A DNA stretch of 51,067 nucleotides from NCBI GenBank assembly GCA_007117455.1, contig SKGM01000023.1, positions 1 through 51,067 of the forward strand, read 5' to 3'. The notes below the pieces were generated by a model. The model was not told where the DNA came from. It saw nothing but the letters and a program-made list of their open reading frames with translations, and made no database searches. Position numbers and translations under genes: made by a program. This DNA is from Candidatus Methanomethylophilaceae archaeon. Lineage in GTDB: Archaea > Thermoplasmatota > Thermoplasmata > Methanomassiliicoccales > Methanomethylophilaceae. Each line of letters starts with the position of its first letter. Position 1 is the first letter of the stretch. This document shows positions 8,613 through 17,904 of the stretch, in pieces.

Positions 8613-11612
8613 TCACTCCTCCAAGGCGGCATCGATCTCCGCCTCAATCTGGATGTTCTTGAAGCCCTTCTGCTCCATGGCACCTGAGGGGCATGAAGCC
8701 ACACAGCAACCACAGGCCTTGCAGAGACCGTCATTGACCTGGCTGCGGAGGCGTCCGTCGCCGATGTCTACGATCTCTATGGCATTGTACTCACAACATC
8801 CCTCACAAACGCCGCAGCCATCGCAGATGGCGTCGTTGACGCTGGCGATTATACCCTCGGATATCAGCTCCGACTTGGAGATGACGGTAAGGGCGCGGGA
8901 GGCGGCACCTGATGCCTGAGCTATACACTCGTCTATGTGCTTTGGCCAGTGAGCCAGACCGGCAACGTAGACCGCCTCGGTGGCGAAGTCCACGGGGCGG
9001 AGCTTCTGGTGAGCCTCGAAATAGAACCCATCCTTGCTGATGGGGACCTTGAGCATCTTCGCAAGCTCCTCCTTCTCTGCACGGTCAGGTGTGATACCCA
9101 CACTCAGGACGAGGCAGTCCACCGGTACGGACACATCCATGTTCAGGATGGTGTCGTAGGCGGTGACGTTCGATCCATCGTACTCCGGCATCTTGTCCTC
9201 GGGGAACCTGAGGAACATGACACCGACCTCAGAGGCCCGGCGGTAGAGCTCCTCGCGGTAGCCGTAGGTCCTGATGTCCTTGTGGAACACAGAAACATTG
9301 GCACTGGGGTCAGCCTCCTTTATGGCGATGGCGTTCCTCAGAGCGGTGGTACAGCAGACACGGGAACAGTACTTGACCTCATCGTTCCTGGAACCGATGC
9401 ACTGGATGAAGGCCACGTTCTTGGCGTTGAACTTACCCTCGCTGAGCATCTTCTCGACCTCGAGCGCGGTTGCGACCTTCTCATCCTTACCGTAGTTGTA
9501 CTCCTTGGGCTGGTATGGGCTCGCTCCGACAGCGAGTACGACCGCTCCGACCGGGATCTCATCGGACCCGATCTTGAGCTTGAAGTTACCGATATAGCCT
9601 GGGATGTCATCGACCACGGTGTTCAGATGGACCTCTATCAAGGGGTTGGCGTCGATCTTGGCGATCATCTCAGCGAGGTGGTCGCTGACCATCTTGCCAT
9701 CCTCTGCATGATACAGGTTCTTGGCGTTACCGCCGAGACTGTCGGTCTTCTCCACGAGATGGACCTTGAATCCCTGAGCTGCCAGATCCAGAGCGGTCGA
9801 CATACCGGTGACGCCGCCACCGATCACAGCGGCGGAGTTGGTCACAGGTATCTTGGACCCCTGCAGAGGCTCCAGGAGCAGGGACTTGGCGACGGCCATC
9901 CGGACCAGGTCCTTGGCCTTCAAAGTCGCCTTCTCCGGCTCATGCATGTGAATCCAAGAGCACTGGTCACGGATGTTGGCCATGTTGCAGAGGTACTGGT
10001 TGAGTCCTCCCTCACGGCAGGCGTTCCGGAACAGGGGCTCGTGGGTACGGGGAGTGCACGAAGCGACGACCACACGGTTCAGGTTCTTCTCCTTGATGGT
10101 CGCGGTTATGTCCTCCAGACAGTCCTGGGCACAGGCGTACATGCTCTCAGAGGAATGTACGACGCCGGGTAGGCCGGAGGCGTACTCAGCGACCGTGGGC
10201 ACATTGACAGTGGCACCGATGTTGATACCGCACTCGCACACCCACACACCGACACGGGGCTCCTCCTCGGAGATATCGCGCTCAGCGGGGAACTCCTTGG
10301 GCTCGCAGGGCTCGAAGTTCTCATCGACTATGTAAGAACCAGCCTTTGCGGATGCACCCGAGGCTTCCGCCACTGAGGTCGGGATGTCCTTGGGAGCTGC
10401 GAAGGCCCCGGTGACATAGACACCATCCCTGGTGGTTGACAGGGGGTCGAATACCTGGGTCTTGCAGAAACCGTACTCGTTGAGCTCGATGCCAAGGGTC
10501 TTGGCGAACTCGGCTGCGTCCGAGGGCGGATTCAGACCGACCGAGAGGACGACCAGGTCATACTCTGTCGCCTGAGGGTTGCCCTCTGCGTCAGTGAATT
10601 TGATGGTGAGCTTCTTGGTCTCAGGGTCCTCGTCTATCGCTGCGACACGTGAGGACCTGTGCATCTTGATGCCATACTGGTCCTCTGCGCGGTGGATATA
10701 GTCCTCGAACTCCTTTCCATAGGAACGGATGTCCATGAAGAATATCTCCTCATCGACCTCAGCGTGCTCCTTGGTGATGATGGCCTGCTTGGTGGCGTAC
10801 ATACAGCACACGGAAGAGCAGTATTTCTGCCATCCCTTCTTCTCACTGCGTGAGCCGCAGCACTGTATGAAGGCTATCTTCTTGGGGTCCTCACCGGACG
10901 AGGGCATCCTGATGTGCCCATGGTCGGGACCGGATGCGCACATCATCCTCTCGAACTCCATGGCCGTCACAACATTCGCGAAGCGACCATATCCGTATTC
11001 GGTGGACACACTTGCATCCCAGACCTCGAAACCTGTGGCACATATGACCGATCCGATGTCGAGGACTATCTCCTCATCCTTCTGATCATAGTCAACCGCA
11101 CCTCTGGTACAGACCTTCTTGCACACGCCACACTTATCCTCGAGCAGCTTCTTGCAGTGCTCGGGATCGATGATCGCGACGCGGGGGACGGCCTGAGCAT
11201 GGGGTATGTAAATAGCCCTTCGGTTCTTGAGACCGTACTCATACTGGTCGGGAATATTCTTCTGAGGGCACTTCTGAAGGCAGTCGCCACAGCCGGTACA
11301 CTTGTTCTCATCAACGTACCTGGCCTTCTTGACCACTTTTACCTTGAAATCCCCTGGCTTGCCGTCGACTGCCTTGACTTCTGAGAAGCTCAAGACGTCG
11401 ATGTTCGGGTGACCGAAACAGTCAGCCATTTTGGGCGACAGGATACAGGCGGAACAGTCGTTCGTTGGGAACGTCTTATCGAGCCGGCACATCACACCGC
11501 CTATGGTAGCATCTTTCTCTACCAAATAGACGTGGATGTCACGGTCCGCAAGGTCCAACGACGCTTGTATGCCCGCAATCCCTCCACCGATAACTAATGC
11601 CGATTTTGTCAA
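8613..11612 (-). CDS. hdrA: heterodisulfide reductase subunit A-like flavoprotein, tandem double-HdrA fusion
   Basis: 999 aa. Two FAD dinucleotide folds (VIGGGIAGIQASLDLA near residue 7, VIGGGVTGMSTALDLA near residue 590). Two HdrA CxGSR...YCS.VCC motifs. An inserted 2x[4Fe-4S] ferredoxin in the first half. The canonical HdrA N-domain (VWVCECGINIG...ASCTPRTHE) sits in the middle, and a C-terminal 2x[4Fe-4S] ferredoxin ends the protein. TTG start preceded by GGAGG. Confidence 0.88.
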   Translation of the reverse strand: MTKSALVIGGGIAGIQASLDLADRDIHVYLVEKDATIGGVMCRLDKTFPTNDCSACILSPKMADCFGHPNIDVLSFSEVKAVDGKPGDFKVKVVKKARYVDENKCTGCGDCLQKCPQKNIPDQYEYGLKNRRAIYIPHAQAVPRVAIIDPEHCKKLLEDKCGVCKKVCTRGAVDYDQKDEEIVLDIGSVICATGFEVWDASVSTEYGYGRFANVVTAMEFERMMCASGPDHGHIRMPSSGEDPKKIAFIQCCGSRSEKKGWQKYCSSVCCMYATKQAIITKEHAEVDEEIFFMDIRSYGKEFEDYIHRAEDQYGIKMHRSSRVAAIDEDPETKKLTIKFTDAEGNPQATEYDLVVLSVGLNPPSDAAEFAKTLGIELNEYGFCKTQVFDPLSTTRDGVYVTGAFAAPKDIPTSVAEASGASAKAGSYIVDENFEPCEPKEFPAERDISEEEPRVGVWVCECGINIGATVNVPTVAEYASGLPGVVHSSESMYACAQDCLEDITATIKEKNLNRVVVASCTPRTHEPLFRNACREGGLNQYLCNMANIRDQCSWIHMHEPEKATLKAKDLVRMAVAKSLLLEPLQGSKIPVTNSAAVIGGGVTGMSTALDLAAQGFKVHLVEKTDSLGGNAKNLYHAEDGKMVSDHLAEMIAKIDANPLIEVHLNTVVDDIPGYIGNFKLKIGSDEIPVGAVVLAVGASPYQPKEYNYGKDEKVATALEVEKMLSEGKFNAKNVAFIQCIGSRNDEVKYCSRVCCTTALRNAIAIKEADPSANVSVFHKDIRTYGYREELYRRASEVGVMFLRFPEDKMPEYDGSNVTAYDTILNMDVSVPVDCLVLSVGITPDRAEKEELAKMLKVPISKDGFYFEAHQKLRPVDFATEAVYVAGLAHWPKHIDECIAQASGAASRALTVISKSELISEGIIASVNDAICDGCGVCEGCCEYNAIEIVDIGDGRLRSQVNDGLCKACGCCVASCPSGAMEQKGFKNIQIEAEIDAALEE

Positions 11613-11887
11613 ATCAATGCCTCCGTTATTTCGACAGTGTTTGGATTAAGAACGTGAATAACCTATCAGTTCTTTAATGCTTTCTCCAAAACATTCATAA
11701 TAAATGATGTATCTATGTAAAGGCCTAGTGGACTCAGGGAGAACACGAACTCCGTTAACACCCTTGCCCCATCGCCCCGCCATGTAAATATCCAGACATT
11801 GCGGAACTCCATGGTTTTCCACCGGAAATATAGGGGTGTTTCAACACTTTCCGGGATTTTTGTTAAGGACTGTTTAAATCGATATCC

Positions 11888-11903
11888 TTCGTATAGATAC
11901 GAA
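11888..11903. promoter_or_regulatory. 7-bp inverted repeat (TTCGTAT-AG-ATACGAA), candidate operator
   Basis: Perfect palindromic arms in the divergent hdrA / RING-protein intergenic region. Confidence 0.25.
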
Positions 11904-12008
11904 ATAAATCCTCCTTGACATCAACTCTTAAAACATAGAACCGTAAAAACCTTTTCAAACATCTGCCCGGGACCGGGAACATTATTTACGAATGATTGGC
12001 ATAGATGG

Positions 12009-12719
12009 GTGGAGCCGATGATCAGCAGTCCTTTCCTCATTGCTGTATCCGTGACCGCCTTGGTTATGATCCTGGCCTTGGTCCTAGGGAGGAGGCCTCC
12101 AGAGGAGGTCTCGACCATGGGCCCACAGTCCTCCGAGGTGGAGGTGGAAGGGGCAAGACAAGGCCCTCTGAGCATCCGCACACCCAAAGAGAGGTCCGTC
12201 CAATGTCGTATATGCATGGGAAGGATCAAGCTGGGGCAGGGTTATGCGGTATGCCCGTGTGGACAGGACTTCCATCGAACCTGCGTGGAGAGGACGGGTT
12301 ACTGCCCATACTGTAAAAAGGAATATTCCCGTCAGGAGTTCAAACGACGATATAACATACCAGAGGACACGAATATAACCCTGAGACGTTGTCCGGTTTG
12401 TGGGGATTTCATTCCTCGTGAGGCACGGATATGCGACTGCGGTGCGGTTTTCCTAGGGGCCGATGGATCATTCTCATGCCCCTCTTGCAAGGTCGAGGTG
12501 GCCGGGGGCGACCTAAGGTGCGGGGATTGCGGGGTGAGGTTCAAAGAGTACAATGCCATCCATTGCAAACACTGCGGACTATTGATTCCAGAGGGCGAGA
12601 ACGTCTGCGAATGCGGAACGCTCCTGGATGACAACTGTCCGGACTGCGGATGGAGGCTTGGCAAGGATGATGAACGTTGTCCCATCTGCGGCCTGGTCTT
12701 TGAGTTCGTGAGGGACTGA
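12009..12719 (+). CDS. membrane-anchored RING-like (C4HC3-type) plus four zinc-ribbon protein
   Basis: 236 aa. N-terminal hydrophobic helix (residues ~8-26). C66-x2-C-x12-C-x-C-x4-H-x2-C-x6-C-x2-C with an FH..C signature. Then four CxxC-x(9-13)-CxC/CxxC ribbons. GTG start at 12009, alternative ATG at 12018. Confidence 0.7.
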   Translation: MEPMISSPFLIAVSVTALVMILALVLGRRPPEEVSTMGPQSSEVEVEGARQGPLSIRTPKERSVQCRICMGRIKLGQGYAVCPCGQDFHRTCVERTGYCPYCKKEYSRQEFKRRYNIPEDTNITLRRCPVCGDFIPREARICDCGAVFLGADGSFSCPSCKVEVAGGDLRCGDCGVRFKEYNAIHCKHCGLLIPEGENVCECGTLLDDNCPDCGWRLGKDDERCPICGLVFEFVRD

Positions 12720-12722
12720 CGG

Positions 12723-13013
12723 ATGGTTGTAAAAGAGAGAAGAGGGCGCCGGAGATACGTAGTCATAGCTTGTGATCCAGCATATGAGGGCAGGGACGAG
12801 GCGGTGAAGGAGCTTAATGCCTTGTTCCGGAGCCTGGGAATGCAGCCACCGCATGTGATAGACACCGGCGATTGGCATCTCATCATCCGTTGCTCGCCCT
12901 CGGAGAGGGACGGTGTGCTCTCAGCCCTCGGCGACCTCGACCGGTCCCTCACGCCGCTACGCACATCGGGAACATTGAAAAAACTCCGCGCCAGATATGG
13001 ACTGCCGAGATGA
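12723..13013 (+). CDS. rnp2: RNase P protein component 2 (Pop5/Rpp14 homologue)
   Basis: 96 aa. RRRYVVI, IIRC and SGTLKKLRARY match archaeal Pop5. It holds the conserved position upstream of psmA. Confidence 0.75.
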   Translation: MVVKERRGRRRYVVIACDPAYEGRDEAVKELNALFRSLGMQPPHVIDTGDWHLIIRCSPSERDGVLSALGDLDRSLTPLRTSGTLKKLRARYGLPR

Positions 13014-13114
13014 TTCAGGCCTATGCTGGCACCACTTATCGGCTGACAGGTTCCAGGTAAATTGATATATATGTGCTTTCAATAACAAGGAGAGAATCGA
13101 GAAGAGGAATTTTT

Positions 13115-13828
13115 ATGCAACCAGGACAGATGGCTTATGATAGAGGAATCACGGTTTTCTCCCCTGACGGTAGGCTTTTCCAGGTAGAGTATGCCCGGGA
13201 GGCGGTGAAAAGGGGGACCACCACGATCGGTCTGAAGTACAAGGACGGAGTCATCCTGATCGTGGACAAGCGGATTTCCAGCAGGCTCATGGAGCCTAAA
13301 TCAATCGAGAAGATCTTCCATATCGACGAGCACGTGGGATGCGCCACCTCCGGACTGGTGGCGGACGCCCGTATTCTGGTCGACCAGGCCAGGCACCTCG
13401 CCCAGGTCCACAAGGTGACCTACGACGAGAAGATAGGTGTCGAGGGGCTTGTTAAACGCATATGCGATTACAAGCAGAACTTCACCCAGTACGGTGGACT
13501 CCGCCCCTTCGGGACCGCTCTGCTCGTCGCTGGTGTGGATGAGATGGGTTGTCATCTCTATGAGACCGACCCCAGCGGCGCCCTTGTCTCCTACAAGGCA
13601 GGCAGCATTGGCTCTGGAAGGACCGCCGTCAACGAGGTCTTCGAGGCCGATTACCAGGAGGGCATGAAGTACGATGACGCCCTCCAACTCGGACTGAAGG
13701 CCCTTGCCTCCGCAACCGAGGAGGGACTCAAAGCACAGGCCCTGGAGGTCGGAGTGGTCAAGAAGGGTCAGGATTTCCAGAAGATCTCCGAGAAGGAGCT
13801 GGAGAAGTTCATCAAGAAGCTGGAGTAA
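13115..13828 (+). CDS. psmA: proteasome subunit alpha
   Basis: MQPGQMAYDRGITVFSPDGRLFQVEYA N-terminus. I chose the ATG at 13115 inside ORF 13073-13828. Confidence 0.95.
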   Translation: MQPGQMAYDRGITVFSPDGRLFQVEYAREAVKRGTTTIGLKYKDGVILIVDKRISSRLMEPKSIEKIFHIDEHVGCATSGLVADARILVDQARHLAQVHKVTYDEKIGVEGLVKRICDYKQNFTQYGGLRPFGTALLVAGVDEMGCHLYETDPSGALVSYKAGSIGSGRTAVNEVFEADYQEGMKYDDALQLGLKALASATEEGLKAQALEVGVVKKGQDFQKISEKELEKFIKKLE

Positions 13829-13844
13829 GGCCACGGTGGTCGAC

Positions 13845-14537
13845 ATGGTCAGTTTGGAGGACGCGATCGTAGCCAGACTCGAATCCCACGGGGAGACGTT
13901 CGAGATACTCATCGACCCAGACGTCGCAAAGGATGTCAGGGATGGTAAGGACGTCGAGCTCGAGGACCGGATGGTTGTCGATGAGGTCTTCAATGACGCC
14001 CGGAAAGGGACCCGCCCCACCGAGGAGAAGATATTGGAGGTGTTCGGAACCGACGAGTTGGCCGAGATCGCCCGTATCATCATACTCAAGGGCGAGATCC
14101 AACTCACCACCGAGCAGAGGCGGGAGATCCTTGAGTCCAAGAGGAAGAGGATAGTAGCCGAGATAGCCCGCAACGCCATCAACCCGCAGACCAACTCCCC
14201 CCACCCGCCTGCCCGCATCGAACTGGCTTTGGAGGAGGCGCGTTTCCACGCCGACCCCTTCAAACCATTGGACCAGCAGATCAAGAGGGCCATGGACCTC
14301 CTGAGGCCGATGATCCCCATCAAGTTCGCCCGCAGCCGGGTCGCCGTCCGCCTCAAGGGCGATGATTACGGCCGGTGTTATGATGACATCCGCTCCATGG
14401 GGGACATCGTGGAGGAGGAATGGCAGGCTGATGGCCATTGGATCGGCATCATCGACATACCTGCCGGGGTGAAGGACGAACTGACCTCCAGGATCAAGGG
14501 CAAGACCAAAGGAGAAGGGGAGATAAAACCCCTATGA
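13845..14537 (+). CDS. sdo1: ribosome maturation protein Sdo1 (SBDS family)
   Basis: 230 aa starting at the ATG at 13845 (MVSLEDAIVARLESHGETFEILIDPD...). Conserved superoperon position. Confidence 0.88.
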   Translation: MVSLEDAIVARLESHGETFEILIDPDVAKDVRDGKDVELEDRMVVDEVFNDARKGTRPTEEKILEVFGTDELAEIARIIILKGEIQLTTEQRREILESKRKRIVAEIARNAINPQTNSPHPPARIELALEEARFHADPFKPLDQQIKRAMDLLRPMIPIKFARSRVAVRLKGDDYGRCYDDIRSMGDIVEEEWQADGHWIGIIDIPAGVKDELTSRIKGKTKGEGEIKPL

Positions 14538-14572
14538 CCTTTTCTCAAAAATTACATTCGTGAAGTGATACT

Positions 14573-15280
14573 ATGGAAAATATGAACGCTAGGCCCAAGA
14601 GGGAGGTCGTTGTACCGGGTGACCTCCTCGATGACAAGGGGCTTCGCCCGGGAAGCGGCACCTATGTGCTGGACGGTAAGGTTTACTCCTCCTTGTTGGG
14701 CGTGAAGAACATCAGATCGAACTACGTCAACGTCATCCCCTTATCAGGCAGATACCTGCCCCAGACCGCCGACACGGTGGTGGGGAAGATCATAGACATC
14801 GGCCCATCCAACTGGCTGGTGGATATAAACGCCCCTTATCCGGCGCCTCTGCATGTCAACGAGGTGCCCTGGAGGGTGGAGTTCGGCGATACCGCCCGAT
14901 TCCTGAGGGTCGGGGACGTCATCATGGCGAAGATCCTGATGATGGATGAGACCAACAAGATACAGGTCACAATGAACGATTCGGGCATGCGCAAGCTGCA
15001 GGGCGGCCATGTCATTGAGATATCCTATTCCAAGGTCCCCCGGGTCATCGGAAAGGGTGGATCCATGATACAGATGATCAAGAGCATGACCGACTGCCGC
15101 ATATTCGTGGGACAGAACGGCGTGATCTGGATCGAGGGCGAGTTGGAGAACGTCCTGGTGGCCGCCAAGGCCATTCAGATGATAGATGAGGAGGCCCAGT
15201 CCTCCAATCTCACAGAGAGGGTCAAGGAGTACATGGAGAAGGCCCTCCCCGCCTCAGAGCAGGCGGACATCCAGGAGTGA
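14573..15280 (+). CDS. rrp4: exosome complex RNA-binding protein Rrp4 (S1 + KH)
   Basis: 235 aa. VVPGD...GTYV.DGKVYSS N-terminal region, an S1 domain and a KH domain (VIGKGGSMI). Confidence 0.92.
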   Translation: MENMNARPKREVVVPGDLLDDKGLRPGSGTYVLDGKVYSSLLGVKNIRSNYVNVIPLSGRYLPQTADTVVGKIIDIGPSNWLVDINAPYPAPLHVNEVPWRVEFGDTARFLRVGDVIMAKILMMDETNKIQVTMNDSGMRKLQGGHVIEISYSKVPRVIGKGGSMIQMIKSMTDCRIFVGQNGVIWIEGELENVLVAAKAIQMIDEEAQSSNLTERVKEYMEKALPASEQADIQE

Positions 15281-15285
15281 TTGTA

Positions 15286-16026
15286 ATGGATTCAGACATC
15301 GTAATGGTAGATGATAAAGGCAAGAGGCTCGACGGCAGGACCGCTGACGAGCTGCGCCCTATGAAGATCGAGGCAGGCGTGCTGTCAAATGCGGACGGTT
15401 CCGCATACCTCGAGATAGGTAAGAACAAGGTCCTCGCGGCTGTTTACGGCCCGCGTGAGTGCCACCCCCGTCACCTGCAGAACCCCACAAGGGCCATCGT
15501 GCAGTGCAAGTACAACATGCAGTCCTACTCGGTGGGCGACCGTAAGAGACCTGGACCCGACCGCCGTTCCGTGGAGATATCCAAGATAATCTCCGAGGCT
15601 CTGGAGGCCGTCATTCAGGTCGAGCTCTTCCCCCGGGCATCGATAGATGTGTACATCGAGATCCTGCAGGCCAACGCTGGTACCCGCTGCGCAGGCCTGA
15701 CGGCAGCATCGGTGGCCCTGGCTGACGCCGGCATACCTATGCGCGACCTCGTTCCCTCAGTTGCCGTGGGCAAGGCCAACGGGCATCTGCTCCTCGACCT
15801 GAACAAGGAGGAGGACAACTACGGTGAAGCGGATCTGCCTCTGGCCATAGTGCCCAAGACCAATGAGGTGGTCCTACTCCAGATGGACGGACATATGACC
15901 CGTGAGGAGTTCGGTACCGCCATGGAGATGGGCGTGAAGGCCTGTCATGAGATCTATGAGATGCAGAAGGACGCCCTCCGCAGGAGGTATTCCACGGAGG
16001 CGGATGAACAGGAGGTGGAGGAATGA
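15286..16026 (+). CDS. rrp41: exosome complex exonuclease Rrp41 (RNase PH)
   Basis: R.DGR...ELRP motif and RNase PH fold. ATG at 15286; the ORF track has an alternative GTG at 15277 that overlaps the rrp4 stop. Confidence 0.93.
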   Translation: MDSDIVMVDDKGKRLDGRTADELRPMKIEAGVLSNADGSAYLEIGKNKVLAAVYGPRECHPRHLQNPTRAIVQCKYNMQSYSVGDRKRPGPDRRSVEISKIISEALEAVIQVELFPRASIDVYIEILQANAGTRCAGLTAASVALADAGIPMRDLVPSVAVGKANGHLLLDLNKEEDNYGEADLPLAIVPKTNEVVLLQMDGHMTREEFGTAMEMGVKACHEIYEMQKDALRRRYSTEADEQEVEE

Positions 16027-16796
16027 GCCGGTCGGTCGTATCTGAGATAAGGAGGAACCATATCTACGAACTCCTGCGCAAGGGCCGCAGGATGGACGGT
16101 CGCGAGCCCCTCGACCTGAGGGAGATAAGCGTTGAGACCGGTGTCATCGACACCGCAGAGGGGTCCGCCCGCGTCCGGTACGGCGAGACCGAGGTCATCG
16201 CTGGACTTAAGATGGCCATAGGCACACCGTTCCCGGACACCCCGAACAAGGGCGTTCTGACCACCAGTATGGAACTGATCCCCATGGCCCATCCTGATTT
16301 CGAATCGGGACCTCCGGGCGGGGACGCCATCGAGCTCGCACGTGTCGTGGACCGCGGAATACGCGAGAGCGGCATGGTGGATGTCGAGAAACTGTGCATC
16401 ACTCCGGGCGAGGAGGTCTGGATGTGTTTCATAGACATCTACTCAATCAACTACGACGGCAACCTGTTCGATGCGGCAGCCCTGGCAGTGGTGGCGGCCT
16501 TGAAGAGCGCCATCGTGCCGGCATCCAACCACGACAAGGGTGAGGATTTCCCCCTGCCAGTGACCTGCGTGCCCATAACTGCGACCATGGCCAAGATAGA
16601 AAATACTTTAATAGTTGACCCAACTTTCGACGAGGAGATGGTCTCCTCAGCGAGGCTCACTGTGACCTCTGACGGCAACGGCGATGTCCGGGCCATGCAG
16701 AAGGGCAAGAGTGGGGCTTTCACCGTCGAAGAGGTCAACTACATCGTCGACGTCGCCCGGGAGAAGGGAGACGAGATAAGGAAAATCATTGGGTGA
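16023..16796 (+). CDS. rrp42: exosome complex component Rrp42
   Basis: 257 aa RNase PH-like protein. R.DGR motif. ATGA overlap with rrp41. Confidence 0.92.
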   Translation: MSRSVVSEIRRNHIYELLRKGRRMDGREPLDLREISVETGVIDTAEGSARVRYGETEVIAGLKMAIGTPFPDTPNKGVLTTSMELIPMAHPDFESGPPGGDAIELARVVDRGIRESGMVDVEKLCITPGEEVWMCFIDIYSINYDGNLFDAAALAVVAALKSAIVPASNHDKGEDFPLPVTCVPITATMAKIENTLIVDPTFDEEMVSSARLTVTSDGNGDVRAMQKGKSGAFTVEEVNYIVDVAREKGDEIRKIIG

Positions 16797-16801
16797 TCAA
16801 A

Positions 16802-17053
16802 ATGGCCAAGAGGACAGTCAAGGCGGGAAGCTCGGGCAGATTCGGCCCCCGTTACGGGGTCAGGGTCCGAAAGAGAGTCAAGGACATCGAGAAGACTCAG
16901 AAGAAGAAGCACGAATGCCCGTCCTGCCACCATGAGAGTGTGAAACGCGAGGGCTCCGGCATATGGCTGTGCAGGCGCTGCGACACCAAGTTCGCCGCTT
17001 CCGCCTACACCCCTGTGCCCAGGAAACTCATTTCCCGGGTGTCCGAGAAATGA
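16802..17053 (+). CDS. rpl37ae: 50S ribosomal protein L37Ae (eL43)
   Basis: MAKRTVKAGSSGRFGPRYG... with a CPSC...CRRC zinc ribbon. Confidence 0.93.
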   Translation: MAKRTVKAGSSGRFGPRYGVRVRKRVKDIEKTQKKKHECPSCHHESVKREGSGIWLCRRCDTKFAASAYTPVPRKLISRVSEK

Positions 17054-17073
17054 ACCCCTTCGAGGTGATGTGA

Positions 17074-17205
17074 TTGTACAGATGCGGTAAATGCAACGAA
17101 CCCATAAGGAACGTCAACGCCCTGGGCCTCCAGTGCGAGAAGTGCGGATCGAAGATCTTCTACAAGGACCGGCCTAATGTCAAGAAGGTGTTGAGGGGCC
17201 GCTAG
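17074..17205 (+). CDS. rpoP: DNA-directed RNA polymerase subunit P (Rpo12/RpoP)
   Basis: 43-aa ORF absent from the supplied track. (TTG)-YRCGKCNEPIRNVNALGLQCEKCGSKIFYKDRPNVKKVLRGR-TAG. CxxC...CxxC zinc ribbon. Conserved position between L37Ae and Pcc1. An in-frame TGA immediately upstream forces the TTG start. Confidence 0.75.
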   Translation: MYRCGKCNEPIRNVNALGLQCEKCGSKIFYKDRPNVKKVLRGR

Positions 17206-17212
17206 TGCGATC

Positions 17213-17446
17213 ATGTTGAAGGCCACCCTCAGGATGGACTCTGACGACGCATCCGCCGTCCTGGCCTCACTCTCCCCCGAGATGGGGAGGGAGGTCCCTC
17301 GCAGCCGTGTAGAAGGCCGCGTTGAGGATGGGGTGCTGGTGCTGGAGTTCGAGGCGGAGGACGTCTCCTCCTTGAGGGCGGCCCTCAACTCCTACCTTGG
17401 ATGGATAAGGATTACAGAGGATATCAGCGGTTTGACAGGTGAATGA
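17213..17446 (+). CDS. pcc1: KEOPS complex subunit Pcc1
   Basis: 77 aa. ...A..V..SLSPE...L.LEFEAEDVSSLRAALNSYLGWI pattern of the Pcc1/CTAG family. Confidence 0.8.
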   Translation: MLKATLRMDSDDASAVLASLSPEMGREVPRSRVEGRVEDGVLVLEFEAEDVSSLRAALNSYLGWIRITEDISGLTGE

Positions 17447-17447
17447 A

Positions 17448-17804
17448 ATGAAAGATATTAGCCCCCAGCTCCAGAACCAGATTACCCAGTTCCAGCAGGT
17501 GCAGCAACAGCTCCAATCGGTAAGCGCCCAAAAGTTCCAGATGGACGCCCAGATGAAGGAGATGGACAGGACCCTAGAGGAACTGGCCTCCACGCCGGAG
17601 GAATCGGACGTCTATCGAAGTGTCGGCTCACTACTGATCAAGGTCCAGGACAAGACCAAGGTGAAGAACGACCTGGAGGAGAGCAAGGAGACCCTCGAGA
17701 TACGCGTCAAGGCATTGGAGCGTCAGGAGAAGACCCTCCGTGAGAAGTTCCAGAGCCTCCAGGAGAGCATCAACAAGGCTCTCGGCAGCGGACAAGGCAA
17801 CTGA
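17448..17804 (+). CDS. pfdB: prefoldin subunit beta
   Basis: 118 aa coiled-coil protein (QNQITQFQQVQQQLQ...). ATG at 17448 follows the pcc1 stop. Confidence 0.88.
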   Translation: MKDISPQLQNQITQFQQVQQQLQSVSAQKFQMDAQMKEMDRTLEELASTPEESDVYRSVGSLLIKVQDKTKVKNDLEESKETLEIRVKALERQEKTLREKFQSLQESINKALGSGQGN

Positions 17805-17904
17805 GGGAAACCACTTCCGAAAAATCCTTTCCCATCATTCTATTCTGGTGAAAGATAAATACCCAATCGCGTCTATCCTTTTGAATCCTTCAGAAGGTGG
17901 CAGA

